NCBI RefSeq assembly: GCF_004010195.1 | Contig: NC_057711.1 | Location: 71,604,080 to 71,668,079, forward strand | From: Chiloscyllium plagiosum | Taxonomy: Eukaryota | DNA: 64,000 nucleotides | Direction: 5' to 3' | In this document: positions 61,401 to 64,000 of the stretch, one piece after another | Position numbering within the stretch: position 1 is the stretch's first letter | How the letters are laid out: every line of letters starts with the position of its first letter | Translations under genes and position numbers: made by a program | Notes under the pieces: generated by a model | Databases searched by the model: none | What the model was told of the DNA's origin: nothing | What the model saw: the letters and a program-made list of their open reading frames with translations, nothing else

Positions 61401-62599
61401 CTATAATACACCTTTGTCTGTATCCAACCTTTATTTGTATGTGTATGTATGTGGGTGCGTACGAGACTTAGTTTGTGCTATTTGCTTAATTCAGTGTAAA
61501 TATATGAGATCAAATAATTATATTTTAAAACTCATGAAAGCTTGCTGCTGAATATTTACTGGCAGTAATCAGTAATTATTTATTGATTTATGTGCACATA
61601 AACTCTGTCTTTGAGAGTAGACAGTATATTCCTAAAACACACCTTATTGGCAATAGATGGTCTCAAGGCTTGGTTTTCCTGAATTCAAGTGGTATCTTCA
61701 AAGTTGATTCAAGCTGCCACTCCAGAGAGGTAAGCATCTCATCGAGGCTGACACTTTAGTGCACTACTGTGAGAATGGATTCAGACGAGTGGCTATTGCT
61801 TAGAGGTACTGTGTTTCACACAAAATGTTAAACCAAGGCCCCACCTGGCCTTTCAGGCAGACATGAAGAATCTACTTTTTAATTCAGTTATGTGACATTG
61901 GTGTCAGTGACAAGGCCACCATTTATTGCTTATCACTAATTTTCCTTCAAAAGGTAGTGGTAAGTTACTGCTGCAGTCCACGTGGTCACAGTACAACAAC
62001 AGAGCTGTTGACAGAAGAGCTACAGCAATGATGAAGGAGCAGGAATCTGTTTTCCAAGTCACAGGATCTTCGAATCCTTACAGTGTGGACACAGGTTATT
62101 CAGCCCATTGAGTCCACACTGACCCTCCAAAGGGCATTCCATCCAGACCCACCTCATCCCCGAAACCCTGGGACAGATACCACCCTGACTTGAAAGTGAC
62201 AGTAGGCCTCTATTTGTGAATTATATTAGTGCAGAAATTACTGTCTGTTTCTTGTTCTTTTCCACCATAACTATAAAAATTGTTATAAACTTGCATTTTC
62301 TCTTTCTTTATCCTAGCTTAGACAAGTAGTTTGAAAACAATCCTGGTGGTTCAGACTATGAAAGCTTTTCACAGCTTTCCCCCTTACTCACATTTGCACA
62401 GCTACACATTCAGTTGGAATGCAGTGAGTGAACTTTACAGGAAGCAGCAGTTTGATTTCACCACTACAGTCTGAAGCTGGTGGAAAATCAAGCTATGTTT
62501 AATATAAAGTGATTGGGATATTTAAATGTGTGTCTTACTCTACTTGCACAAGAGCCTAAAGGTTTGGTGGAATAATAGGCATTATGTGAAAATAGTGCA

Positions 62600-63555
62600 T
62601 ATCTAGCAATATGAAGAGCCTGTGCTTGTTTTTTCAATTTTTATAGATACCAGGTGAGGGATAATGTTGACCTTGAGAACTCCCTGCCTTTCTTCAAATA
62701 ATGACAGATCTCAAATCCATGCTAGAAGAACAAGGACCGTAGACACATGGGAATACCACCACATTCACGCTCCCCTTTGGGACAGATACCACCCTGACTT
62801 GAACGATGTTTTATTGAATGGAAATGTCAGTTACACAGGGTTTATGTGGGATGGGTCAGTACAGGAATAAAGAAAGGGGCAACACAGTGGGTGAATGGTT
62901 TGCACTGCTGCCTCACAGCAGCAGGGACCTGGGTTTGATTTCACCCTCGAGGGACTGTCTCCCCGTGTTTGTGTGGTTTCCTCTGAGTGCTCCAGTTTCC
63001 TCCCAGAGTCCAAAGATGTGCAGGTTAGGTGGATCGGCCATGCTAGATTCCCCATAGTGCCTAGACTAGGTGAATTAGCCATAAGAAATGCAGGGTTATG
63101 GGGATGAGGTGGGTCTGGGTGGGATGCCCTTCGGAGGGTCAGTGTGGACTCAATGGGCTGAATAGCCTGTGTCCACACTGTAAGGACTCGAAGATCTTGT
63201 GACTTGGAAAACAGATTCCTGCTCCTTCATCATTGCTGTAGCTCTTCTGTCAACAGCTCTGTTGTTGTACTGTGACCACGTGGACTGCAGCAGTAACTTA
63301 CCACTACCTTTTGAAGGAAAATTAGTGATAAGCAATAAATGGTGGCCTTGTCACTGACACCAATGTCACATAACTGAATTAAAAAGTAGATCCTTCATGT
63401 CTGCCTGAAAGGCCAGGTGGGGCCTTGGTTTAACATTTTGTGTGAAACACAGTACCTCTAAGCAATAGCCACCTGTCTGAATCCATTCTCACAGGAGTGC
63501 ACTAAAGTGTCAGCCTCAATGAGGTGCTTACCTCTCTGGAGTGGCAGCTTGAATC
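62600..63555 (-). mobile_element. DeuSINE-like element (pieces about 62600-62712 and 63386-63555) interrupted by a family B 3' UTR (+) and an HE1 SINE
   Basis: Minus strand GGCTGACACTTTAGTGCA...GTTAAACCAAGGCCCC..TCAGGCAGACATGAAGGATC continues as TATTTGAAGAAAGGCAGGGAGTTCTC, a Deu-domain-like sequence. Confidence 0.6.
62877..63190 (+). mobile_element. HE1/V-SINE
   Basis: Head, shortened V-domain and tail; its 3' about 100 bp is copied into the left arm of the inverted duplication. Confidence 0.88.
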
Positions 63556-64000
63556 CATTACCTCTGGACATCAAGTCATTGCTGACATCAGAAATATGCT
63601 GTTGCCTGGCCCACAAACAGACTTTGCAAAACACCTCACCAGTATGCTATAATAAGCGAACACTTCTCCACAAAATATTTAGCTGGAGGAACGTTGCAGA
63701 GTTTGCTGTTTGTTTAAAAAAAAGAACTGCAGGCTTAAGGACAATTTCATGAATTTTCCGGCTTGGTTCTGTTCAGACTGGGCGACTATCTGAGGTAAAC
63801 ACAGATTCAATTGTGCAGACGTATGGCAGCTCACAAAAATGTGAATTACTGAGCGTGAACATAACACATAAAGAACAGAACGACAAAGGGCCTCTTGGTC
63901 CATTAAGCTTGCAGTTTCCAACAGATGCTCTACAATGTGCACTAATATGGACTCTATCGACTGTTGAATCAGTTCAGGATCAATTGGGCCAAAAGCAGCA

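Larger units (their letters stand above)
61706..63555. repeat. 465-bp inverted duplication (61706-62170 vs 63091-63555), 920-bp spacer
   Basis: Base-by-base reverse-complement match with about 14 mismatches by eye. ORF-track peptides 61926+ and 63150- are near-identical. Confidence 0.97.

Noticed and set aside
61926..63335. Two near-identical 61-aa ORFs (61926+ and 63150-) as duplicated small genes
   Set aside because: Non-ATG starts, made of antisense LINE 3' UTR and SINE tail; they are identical only because of the inverted duplication.

Overview
A repeat-dense (roughly half or more by eye), gene-poor stretch of a cartilaginous-fish genome. The shark assignment, probably a carpet/bamboo shark, is inferred from HE1/V-SINEs, HER1-type CR1 LINEs and DeuSINE fragments. 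I found no intact host protein-coding gene; the recognisable ORFs in the track are transposon fragments. Contents: two CR1-group LINE families, a Rex/Babar LINE tail, about 9 HE1 SINEs plus other SINEs, pogo/Tigger-like MITEs, and decayed Harbinger elements (a spliced Myb/SANT gene and HARBI1-like transposase fragments). There are also two solo LTRs with 4-bp TSDs, a probable Gypsy 3' end, and a nested Penelope-like element (PLE) cluster at 41.0-44.8 kb containing a 151-N gap. Most notable: (1) several PLE families carry minimal type I hammerhead-ribozyme motifs with family-specific, base-pairing stem II, and they generate short fold-back insertions with 12-17 bp TSDs whose inversion point repeatedly lies at the ribozyme 5' edge; (2) a 465-bp local inverted duplication (61706-62170 / 63091-63555) with a 26-bp templated junction insert, a template-switch signature; (3) a stuttered patchwork junction inside a young PLE; (4) weak evidence for a spliced non-coding transcript on the minus strand. 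Family names come from recognition of the sequence, not from a database search, and the boundaries of old elements are approximate.
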